This document shows positions 33,905 through 41,461 of a stretch of 43,721 nucleotides of DNA, piece after piece. Every line of letters begins with the position of its first letter. The stretch's first letter is position 1. Source of the DNA: a bacterium (lineage in GTDB: Bacteria > Patescibacteriota > Minisyncoccia > 2-02-FULL-40-12 > IGHO2-12-FULL-4); contig JAUYPS010000048.1 of assembly GCA_030695705.1 (NCBI GenBank), forward strand, positions 1 to 43,721, written 5' to 3'. The notes under the pieces are model-generated. The model had not been told where the DNA came from. It was given only the letters and a program-made list of their open reading frames with translations, and made no database searches. The position numbers and the translations under genes were made by a program.

Positions 33905-35065
33905 ATGGGAAACGAAACATTTGACGAACTTTTAAAAAGAGACGAACAAAGAGTGGCTGACGGTTTCAAAAAGAAAATCAAATTAAAGCGAGTATTAGTC
34001 GGCCACGACAAAGTTCTCACTGTTCCTTATGTGGAAGAAGAAAAACTTCTTCACGGCGATTTTGAGCCAACAGGAGAGCATGGCGAAGATGAGGCTGGCC
34101 GCGGCGAAGGAGAAATAGGCGACATTATTGCCCGCTCCAGACCGCAAGGAGGTGGCGGCGATTCCGGCGATGATGAAGATGATGATTCTTCGGACGCCGG
34201 TGAGGGTAATGGGGGAGAGCATGGTCTGGAAAGCGATATTTTCCAGCTCGGTAAAGAGTTGACCGAAAAACTCAAGCTTCCCAATTTGAAAGACAAGGGG
34301 AAAAAAGTGCCGACGGATGACTATATTTACGATTTGACTGACCGACACCGCGGTTCCGGCCAGTTTCTGGATCGAAAAGAGACGCTCAAGAGTATTATTA
34401 AAAGCAATGTTGCTCTTGGTCTCGTCAGCGGCGATAACGTCGACCCTTCCAAACTGGCCATCGGACCACATGATTATATTTTTCGTGTTTTGTCAAAGGA
34501 AAAGGTCTGGAAGTCGCCGGCCGTGGTTTTTTTTATGAGGGACTATTCCAGATCAATGTATGGTGCACCGACCAAAGCGGTGGTGGACCAGCATCTGATG
34601 ATCTATTCCTGGCTTATGGTTCAGCACGAAAAGTTGGTCATTCCACGATTCATTGTTCACAATGCGGAAGCAAAAGAGGTTCCGGCGCACAGATACTTCG
34701 GAGCTAACTCTAGCGGCGGAACTTTTATTCCCTCCGGCTATAGCAAGATTATGGAGATAATTGTGGAAGAAAATCTGGCGAGGAATTACAACCTCTATCT
34801 TTTCCAGGGAACCGACGGAGAGGACGACGATGACGGCCAAGTGGCTATTCCTTGGGTTAAAAAGTTGTTGGAATTTTTTAACCGGATAGGGGTGAGTGTT
34901 TTGAACACTTTCCGTGGTGAACAAAAAACCGTTTTTGAAAAATATATCGCAGAAGGCGGCTTTCTTGACCAAAAGGATCTCTTTCGAATGCATGTGATGT
35001 CTTCAAAAAATCCAAGCGAGACGGATAACCAAGAAGCGGTCAAAGCGTTGATTGCGCAGGATTAA
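33905..35065 (+). CDS. yeaH: YeaH/YhbH-family protein (DUF444, vWA-like)
   Basis: 386 aa. Acidic Gly/Asp-rich segment, then AVVFFMRDYSRSMYG and LYLFQGTDGEDDDD (MIDAS-like D.S.S ... DG.d). Located 11 nt after prkA. Confidence 0.82.
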   Translation: MGNETFDELLKRDEQRVADGFKKKIKLKRVLVGHDKVLTVPYVEEEKLLHGDFEPTGEHGEDEAGRGEGEIGDIIARSRPQGGGGDSGDDEDDDSSDAGEGNGGEHGLESDIFQLGKELTEKLKLPNLKDKGKKVPTDDYIYDLTDRHRGSGQFLDRKETLKSIIKSNVALGLVSGDNVDPSKLAIGPHDYIFRVLSKEKVWKSPAVVFFMRDYSRSMYGAPTKAVVDQHLMIYSWLMVQHEKLVIPRFIVHNAEAKEVPAHRYFGANSSGGTFIPSGYSKIMEIIVEENLARNYNLYLFQGTDGEDDDDGQVAIPWVKKLLEFFNRIGVSVLNTFRGEQKTVFEKYIAEGGFLDQKDLFRMHVMSSKNPSETDNQEAVKALIAQD

Positions 35066-35068
35066 ACA

Positions 35069-35097
35069 ACGGGTGATATTAGTTCATCCGTTTTTTT
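35069..35097 (+). terminator. Terminator-like hairpin between yeaH and spoVR
   Basis: acgggtga-tattagt-tcatccgt (one G-T pair) followed by a T7 run. It sits in a 119-nt gap. Confidence 0.5.
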
Positions 35098-35184
35098 ATT
35101 CGCATCTGATAGTCCGCTCCGGCTGGACGAGGTCTGACAGATGCTGTAAGGTATGGTAAAAGTACCTTTAAAAAGAGGTGAGAG

Positions 35185-36891
35185 ATGGAATTAATAGACC
35201 AGAAAACGAAGAAAGTTATGCAAGAATGTCGAGTCCGGGCCGCCGAGGCCGGCTTGAAGATCGAAGGAGAAACGTTGGAATATATCGCCACCAACCAGGA
35301 TATGCTGGAGCTTCGGCCCAAAGGCATGATTCCTACGCTTTATGACTTTTGGGTTGACGATCTGGAAGTGCTTGGAAATAAATGGGTTTATAAAGCATAT
35401 CCGCATAATGCTTACGAAACGGTCGTAAATACTCATCCGCCGATATCGTTTTATAATGACAACAATCCGGACTGGCTGAACATAATGATTTTCTATCATG
35501 TGTTGGGCCATATTGATTTTTTTCAGAACAGCGTTTTTTTCCGCAATACATGGGGGATGGACTTTTGCGGCGAAGCGCTGGCTGACAAACGACTGATTGA
35601 GAGAATTCGGGAGGAAAAAGGGGCGGAGAAAAGATGGGTTGATTATGTGGTTGAATTTGCCCGTGGCGTTGACAACCTGGTCGGTTATTACCGTGAATTA
35701 GGAGAGGACGATCGGGTGCAGGCCGAAGGGCTTCTTGGAAGTTTTTCCGAAAAAGTAAACTTTTATTTCGGAGATTTTTTACGATACCGCTACGAGGAGA
35801 AAACAGTAACATTGAAACTGTATCACGAAGAGCTGGAGCGTCTGAACCGATGTCTAAAAGAGTTTGGGGATAAGCAGGGAGAAATGGCGTTTTTTGAGGA
35901 CTCATTTTTAAAAAGCCGTTTTCCTGAATTTAATAGTGCTTTTAAAAAGGTCCGTGACAAAAACAAAAATAAAAAGTCTAAATCTACCGATCTTTTCCAG
36001 TATTTGACCGAGCATTCCCGTTTTATCAATGAAGAAGAAAATAAATGGATGAAGGATGTCTTAGATGTGGTCAGGCGGACTTCTCTGCATTTCCAGCCGC
36101 ATTTCAGAACTCATAACTGCAACGAAGGATGGGCCAGTTTATGGCATGAGCGGCTCTACATAGCCGATTCGCGCATAAGTTCTCACGAAGTGGGTTTTGC
36201 CAGGGTTAATTCCGGCGTGGTGGTTGATCCGAAGATCGGCTTCAATCCGTATATCGGATTCAAACGGCTTTATGAGTTCCTGGAAGAGTTGGCCGATAAA
36301 GGCAAGCTTTCCCGTGATTACCAACTGATAAAAGACATCAAAGAAAGAGAGCGGTTTGATCGGCGGCCGGAAGAAGGGTTTGGCAGGAAAGTGCTTTTTG
36401 AGGCGAGGAATAATTTTGACGATGCCATGCTGGTCAATTTCCTTTCTGACGAGGATTTTCAGGACTTCATGGACCGCTATAATCTTTTCAACGTCGGTCG
36501 GCGATACAATCCAGATGAAAATGTCATTGAGCATTACATCAAGTCCCGGAGCGGAAAGGAATACCGCAAGATGATGAATGACCGTTTGTATCATCCGCCG
36601 TGCATCCTGGTAAACGAAGAAAAAGCGGATAATAAAAACGAGCTGTTTCTGGAGCATGTCTTTGAAGGGCGGACCTTGGTGACCAGATATGTTCCGGCCG
36701 CTTTGGAAGGTTTATCTTATCTGTGGGGCGATGTCGTCTGTTTGGAAACAACCGAGTTCGAGTGGGATCCCGAAGATAAGAATCGGAAACTTTTCGATCC
36801 GGAGCATGAAGTGGAATACCGGAAAGTCCATGTTCTTTACACCACTGATGGAACAACAACGGAAAGAGAAGAATTGGAGGAGGAGGAATGA
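35185..36891 (+). CDS. spoVR: SpoVR/YcgB-family protein
   Basis: 568 aa. FYHVLGHIDFFQNS and HNCNEGWASLWHERL are SpoVR-family signatures. Confidence 0.87.
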   Translation: MELIDQKTKKVMQECRVRAAEAGLKIEGETLEYIATNQDMLELRPKGMIPTLYDFWVDDLEVLGNKWVYKAYPHNAYETVVNTHPPISFYNDNNPDWLNIMIFYHVLGHIDFFQNSVFFRNTWGMDFCGEALADKRLIERIREEKGAEKRWVDYVVEFARGVDNLVGYYRELGEDDRVQAEGLLGSFSEKVNFYFGDFLRYRYEEKTVTLKLYHEELERLNRCLKEFGDKQGEMAFFEDSFLKSRFPEFNSAFKKVRDKNKNKKSKSTDLFQYLTEHSRFINEEENKWMKDVLDVVRRTSLHFQPHFRTHNCNEGWASLWHERLYIADSRISSHEVGFARVNSGVVVDPKIGFNPYIGFKRLYEFLEELADKGKLSRDYQLIKDIKERERFDRRPEEGFGRKVLFEARNNFDDAMLVNFLSDEDFQDFMDRYNLFNVGRRYNPDENVIEHYIKSRSGKEYRKMMNDRLYHPPCILVNEEKADNKNELFLEHVFEGRTLVTRYVPAALEGLSYLWGDVVCLETTEFEWDPEDKNRKLFDPEHEVEYRKVHVLYTTDGTTTEREELEEEE

Positions 36892-39056
36892 ACGATAATA
36901 CGGAACGGGCCATTGAAACTTTAAAAGTTGATCTTGAACACAGTGAAAAAAGACCGGTGATGGATTTTCAGGAATATCTTGATATTGCCAAGGACAATCC
37001 CGAAAAGATTTTCCGCAACATTTTCCGGCTTTTCCATGATATGGTTAAAAGCTATGTCGAGAAGGGGGAGGATGAGTATCCTGATGATCCCGAGAGTATC
37101 GGTTTTATGAAATATGACTGTTCCCGGCTTTTTGTCCACGGATCGAACAATCCGTTTTTTGCCGACCGTCTTTTTGCCAATCGGTTTGTCCGGCAGGCGG
37201 AGGCGTTAAGGCAGGGCTCCCAGCAGAACAGGATTTATGTCTATGAGGGGCCGCCGGGTTGCGGCAAGAGTACCTTTCTTAATAATCTCCTCCGCTCTTT
37301 TGAGGAATATTCCAACACGGAAGAAGGGCGGAGCTATGAAATTTTCTGGGATATCAAAATAGGCAATGATCAAGTTCAAGTGCCTTGTCCAAGTCATGAT
37401 TATCCGATTCTGCTTATTCCCAAAAATTACCGCGTTAACTTTCTGGATAATCTCTTGTCGGAGAAGATGACGGAATTCAAACACCGTGTTTCCAATGACA
37501 AGGAGTACGAATGGCTGTTTGAAGGAGATGTCTGCACGATTTGCCGTTCGCTTTTTCGGGGTTTGCTTGAGAAGCTTAACTCTTTGGAGCAAGTTCTGGG
37601 AATGGTCAAAATCCGTCCCTACAAGTTTGATCGGCGACTGGGCGAGGGGATCAGTGTTTTCAATCCCGGCGACCAGCCCTCCAAATTGACTTTTTTAAGC
37701 GATAAGCAGATTCAAGAAAGACTTGACCGGATTTTCGGAGCTAACTTGGTAAAATATGTTTTTTCCCTCCAGGCCAGAACCAATAATGGGATTTATGTCT
37801 TGATGGACATCAAATCCCACAACAAGGGACGGCTTTTGGAACTTCATAATGTCATTTCGGAGGGTATTCACAAAGTCAACGGAATAGTTGAAGAAAGAAT
37901 CAGCTCGCTTTTTGTCGCCCTGATGAATCCTGAAGACAAAAAAGCGCTGGAAGAAGAGAAAATCGAGTCGTTTCTGGAAAGAATCCAGTATAACGCGATT
38001 CCTTACGTTCTTGATGTGCCGACCGAAGTCAAAATCTGCCAGAGCACCTTTGGTGAACAGATTGGCGTGAATTTTCTTCCGGGGGTCATTGAAAACTTTG
38101 CGAGAGTAATTATTTCTTCGCGGATGAACGTCGAGTGCGTTTCGCTTAAAGAATGGATTCCGGATATCTCCAGGTACAAAAAATACTGTGACGAGGCCGG
38201 TCTTCTTCTGCGGACGGAAATTTATGGAGGGGTTATTCCGTCCTGGCTGTCCGAGGAAGACAGAAAAAAGTTGACGGCCAAAGTCAGGCGCCGCCTTATT
38301 GCCGAAGGCGAACAAGAGGGAAAAAAGGGATTTTCGGGGCGGGAATCCATCCGTCTTTTTGGGGAGTTTTTTAGCCGGTATGGAGAAAAACCGAATCTGA
38401 TCAACATGAACAATGTTGCTGATTTTTTCCGACAGCAAATCGGCAAAGAACAACGGAACCAAAATATTCCCAAGAACTTCATCATCTCGCTTCTGAACTG
38501 GTACAATTATAGGGTTTTGAGTGAAGTGAAAGAATCCCTCTACTTCTATAATGAAGAGCAGATCGTGGAAATCGTTCTACATTATCTTTGCGCCGTTAAT
38601 TATGATATTGGGGCGAATGTTCGCTGTCCCTGGACCGGGCGGACCATAGAAGTGACGGTTGATTTCCTAAAAATTGCGGGCGCTTATTTTGTCGGCAAAG
38701 ATATAAACGATCAGGAGGCCTTACTGATCGCCGGAGAAGTTCAAAAAAAATATGTTGAAGTGGTTGCGGCGGAAAGGAGCCAAATAACGGAGACCGAACT
38801 CTATAAAGAGCTTTTTGTCGCTTGCGTGCGCAATCTGAAAGAAAAAACATTTGAACCATTTCTCAAGAGTGACAACTTTAAGGAAGCGGTCAAAGCATTC
38901 GGTACTGGCGAATTTGAGACGTTCGATACGCGTCTTCGGGAGCATGTCGCCTATATGGTTAATAATCTGGTTAATCAGTTCGGCTATACCGAACAAGGCG
39001 CGAAGGAAATATGTCTTTATGTTGTTGACCAAAAACTAATCGAAAAGTTTTCTTAA
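36888..39056 (+). CDS. Second, divergent PrkA-like P-loop ATPase
   Basis: 722 aa. Walker A YEGPPGCGKSTFLNNL. The later block GIYVLMDIKSHNKGRLLELHNVISEG...FVALMNPED...FLERIQYNAIPYVLD parallels the PrkA block in the first gene. Its ATG overlaps the spoVR stop (ATGA). Confidence 0.7.
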   Translation: MNDNTERAIETLKVDLEHSEKRPVMDFQEYLDIAKDNPEKIFRNIFRLFHDMVKSYVEKGEDEYPDDPESIGFMKYDCSRLFVHGSNNPFFADRLFANRFVRQAEALRQGSQQNRIYVYEGPPGCGKSTFLNNLLRSFEEYSNTEEGRSYEIFWDIKIGNDQVQVPCPSHDYPILLIPKNYRVNFLDNLLSEKMTEFKHRVSNDKEYEWLFEGDVCTICRSLFRGLLEKLNSLEQVLGMVKIRPYKFDRRLGEGISVFNPGDQPSKLTFLSDKQIQERLDRIFGANLVKYVFSLQARTNNGIYVLMDIKSHNKGRLLELHNVISEGIHKVNGIVEERISSLFVALMNPEDKKALEEEKIESFLERIQYNAIPYVLDVPTEVKICQSTFGEQIGVNFLPGVIENFARVIISSRMNVECVSLKEWIPDISRYKKYCDEAGLLLRTEIYGGVIPSWLSEEDRKKLTAKVRRRLIAEGEQEGKKGFSGRESIRLFGEFFSRYGEKPNLINMNNVADFFRQQIGKEQRNQNIPKNFIISLLNWYNYRVLSEVKESLYFYNEEQIVEIVLHYLCAVNYDIGANVRCPWTGRTIEVTVDFLKIAGAYFVGKDINDQEALLIAGEVQKKYVEVVAAERSQITETELYKELFVACVRNLKEKTFEPFLKSDNFKEAVKAFGTGEFETFDTRLREHVAYMVNNLVNQFGYTEQGAKEICLYVVDQKLIEKFS

Positions 39057-39076
39057 GCGGGTTTTACCCGCTTTTA
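39055..39076 (+). terminator. Rho-independent terminator of the prkA cluster
   Basis: aagcggg-tttta-cccgctt followed by ttat. Confidence 0.6.
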
Positions 39077-39133
39077 TATTAAACATTTACCAACTATTGC
39101 TTTTGTATTATAGTTTATAAAATATCAGTTTCC

Positions 39134-39165
39134 ATGGACTATACGAAATATGGACTATACGAAAT
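39134..39165 (+). repeat. Perfect 16-bp tandem duplication spanning the glycosyltransferase start codon
   Basis: ATGGACTATACGAAAT at 39134-39149 is repeated exactly at 39150-39165. Confidence 0.9.
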
Positions 39166-40784
39166 TAAGCAAATATTCCGACCTTTCTGATAGAAAGGAA
39201 AGGTTTTTATATCGTTTTTTTGAGATTCTCCCCGGAGGGCTGGCTTGGGGCACTTTAGTTTTGATTATTATTGGATCGTTTCTGGTTCCTGTTTGGATGG
39301 CCATTTTTATCATTATCTTTGACATCTATTGGTTGATAAAAACCGTTTACTTATCCTTTCACCTCAATCATTCTTTTAGGAAGATGAGGAAGAATATTTC
39401 TACGGATTGGCTTAAAAAGTTATCAGAACTGCCGACCCAAGATTATCAGTTGAAAACTGTAAAATCTTGGCAGGATATTTATCATCTTATTATTCTGCCT
39501 CGCTACAAAGAAAGCATAGAAATCGTGACGGCTACTCTCGAGGGATTGATTCGTTCTGATTACCCTAAAAATAAAATGATCGTAGTGCTTGGGCAAGAAG
39601 AAAGAGCCGGCCAGCAAGCCAATAGCATTAAAGATTATCTGGAGAAAGAATACGGGCACCATTTCTTTAAATTTTTAATAACTGAACATCCGGCCGACTT
39701 AGCAGGGGAGTTGGCGGGAAAAGGTTCAAACGCTTCTTTTGCCGCCGAACAAGCCAAGGCGCAAATAATTGATCGTTTGAGTATTCCGTACTCGAACATC
39801 ATTGTTTCTAATTTTGATGTTGATACGGTAGTACCGTCGCATTTTTTTTCTTGTCTGACTTGGCATTATCTTACTACCCCCGATCCTTTGCATGCTTCTT
39901 ACCAGCCGGTGCCTTTTTTTGTAAATAACATTTGGGAGGCCCCGGCTTTTGCCCGGGTCTTTGCTTTTTCAACCACTTTTTGGCAAATGATTCAGCAGGC
40001 CCGTCCAGAGCAGCTGGTAACTTTTTCCTCCCAGTCGATTAGTTTCAAGGCCTTAGTGGAGGTCGGTTTCTGGCAGCGCAACATGGTTTCCGAGGATTCG
40101 CGAATTTTTTGGCAATGTCTTTTGCATTATGACGGTAATTGGCGGACCGTCCCTCTTCACTATCCGGTTTATATGGATGCCAACGTGGCGCCGACTTTTT
40201 GGCAAACCCTGAAGAATCAGTATAAACAGATTCTTCGTTGGCATTTTGGGGCGGAGAATAATCCTTACTTCATGTTTGGATTTTGGAAAAACAAAAAAAT
40301 CCCCGGGAGTTTGAAACGCTATTTCATTTGGACCATGGGAGAAAAAACCCATTCTAGCGCCACCAATGCCTTAATTATTTTTTTGCTTGGCTGGTTGCCT
40401 TTACTGATGGGTGGCTCTGCTTTTAATCAAACCGTTTTATCTTTAAATCTTCCTCACTTTACCCGTAATATTATGTTATTGGCGATGTTGGGGTTGATTT
40501 CTTCCGCTGCTATTTCTGTTATTTTTTTACCTCCTCGGCCGCCTAACTACGGACGCTTCAAGTGGGTCTGGATGTTTTTGCAGTGGATTTTATTTCCCAT
40601 TAACTTTATATTTTTCGGGGCTGTCCCTGCGCTTGATGCCCAGACTCGTTTGATGCTTGGCAAGTATCTTGGCTTTTGGGTAACACCGAAAGTTAGGAGC
40701 AATCGTAGTATTGAAAAAGACCCTGCAATCAGCTATTCTCCGGTAACAGAGCACCTTGAAAATAAGGAGAACGGAAATGGTTGA
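39150..40784 (+). CDS. Multi-pass membrane family-2 glycosyltransferase (processive, cellulose-synthase-like)
   Basis: 544 aa. N- and C-terminal TM helices, IILPRYKESIEIV, FDVDT, VSEDSRIF and the Q(Q/R)xRW-type motif QILRWHFG. Confidence 0.8.
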   Translation: MDYTKLSKYSDLSDRKERFLYRFFEILPGGLAWGTLVLIIIGSFLVPVWMAIFIIIFDIYWLIKTVYLSFHLNHSFRKMRKNISTDWLKKLSELPTQDYQLKTVKSWQDIYHLIILPRYKESIEIVTATLEGLIRSDYPKNKMIVVLGQEERAGQQANSIKDYLEKEYGHHFFKFLITEHPADLAGELAGKGSNASFAAEQAKAQIIDRLSIPYSNIIVSNFDVDTVVPSHFFSCLTWHYLTTPDPLHASYQPVPFFVNNIWEAPAFARVFAFSTTFWQMIQQARPEQLVTFSSQSISFKALVEVGFWQRNMVSEDSRIFWQCLLHYDGNWRTVPLHYPVYMDANVAPTFWQTLKNQYKQILRWHFGAENNPYFMFGFWKNKKIPGSLKRYFIWTMGEKTHSSATNALIIFLLGWLPLLMGGSAFNQTVLSLNLPHFTRNIMLLAMLGLISSAAISVIFLPPRPPNYGRFKWVWMFLQWILFPINFIFFGAVPALDAQTRLMLGKYLGFWVTPKVRSNRSIEKDPAISYSPVTEHLENKENGNG

Positions 40785-41421
40785 AAGAACTCCGGAAATT
40801 AAACAAGTTACGATCGATTTTTATAACCGGTTTTGCTATCAATACTGGGAAAGGCATCCCAATGCGCCGGTAAAGTCGATGGAAAAATTCGCCAAAATGC
40901 TGCGGGGTCCGAATATTCTTGATTTGGGATGCGGGGGCGGACACTCGGCGGTATTTAAAATGATGGGTATAAAGCTTGGTCTTGGTATGCATTTGAATCC
41001 TATCGCAGCAGATATTAGTCCCATTATGTGTCTGGCGGCAAAACAAAAAGGCGGTTTGCCAGCTGTGGTAATGGACCAGGAAAATCTTTGTTTTAAACCG
41101 AACAGCTTTGACGGAGCATGGTTATCGAAATCGCTCCTTCATTCTCCTTCGGAAGTCGTGCCGGGGATTCTGGCCGATCTACGGCTGATCCTAAAACCTC
41201 GGGGCGTTCTTTTCCTCGGCATGCAGGCGAGCATCGGACAGTATATAGAAACTGAACTAAAAACAACCGAGATCGGCACTAGGTACTATTGTTATTGGCC
41301 GACTTATCGCTTACACGGCCTGCTGGAAACTTTAGGTTTCGCAGTGGAGGAGCTGTCTATTCACGGCAAGGACTCCTTAAATAAGAGAAATTACTTCGAA
41401 ATTTTCGCTGTTAAGGAGTAG
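40777..41421 (+). CDS. Class I SAM-dependent methyltransferase
   Basis: ATG at 40777 after RBS aaggag, overlapping the GT2 3' end by 8 nt. Motif I ILDLGCGGGHSA and post-I/II regions are present. Confidence 0.8.
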   Translation: MVERTPEIKQVTIDFYNRFCYQYWERHPNAPVKSMEKFAKMLRGPNILDLGCGGGHSAVFKMMGIKLGLGMHLNPIAADISPIMCLAAKQKGGLPAVVMDQENLCFKPNSFDGAWLSKSLLHSPSEVVPGILADLRLILKPRGVLFLGMQASIGQYIETELKTTEIGTRYYCYWPTYRLHGLLETLGFAVEELSIHGKDSLNKRNYFEIFAVKE

Positions 41422-41422
41422 A

Positions 41423-41461
41423 GTTATCCACATCCCAGGTCCAACCTGGGATGTGGATAAC
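41423..41461. repeat. Family B palindrome, copy B1 (perfect 17-bp arms), acting as a hairpin between convergent genes
   Basis: gttatccacatcccagg-tccaa-cctgggatgtggataac. The loop is inverted relative to the holA/polA copies. It starts 2 nt after the methyltransferase stop and touches the recG stop codon. Confidence 0.8.
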
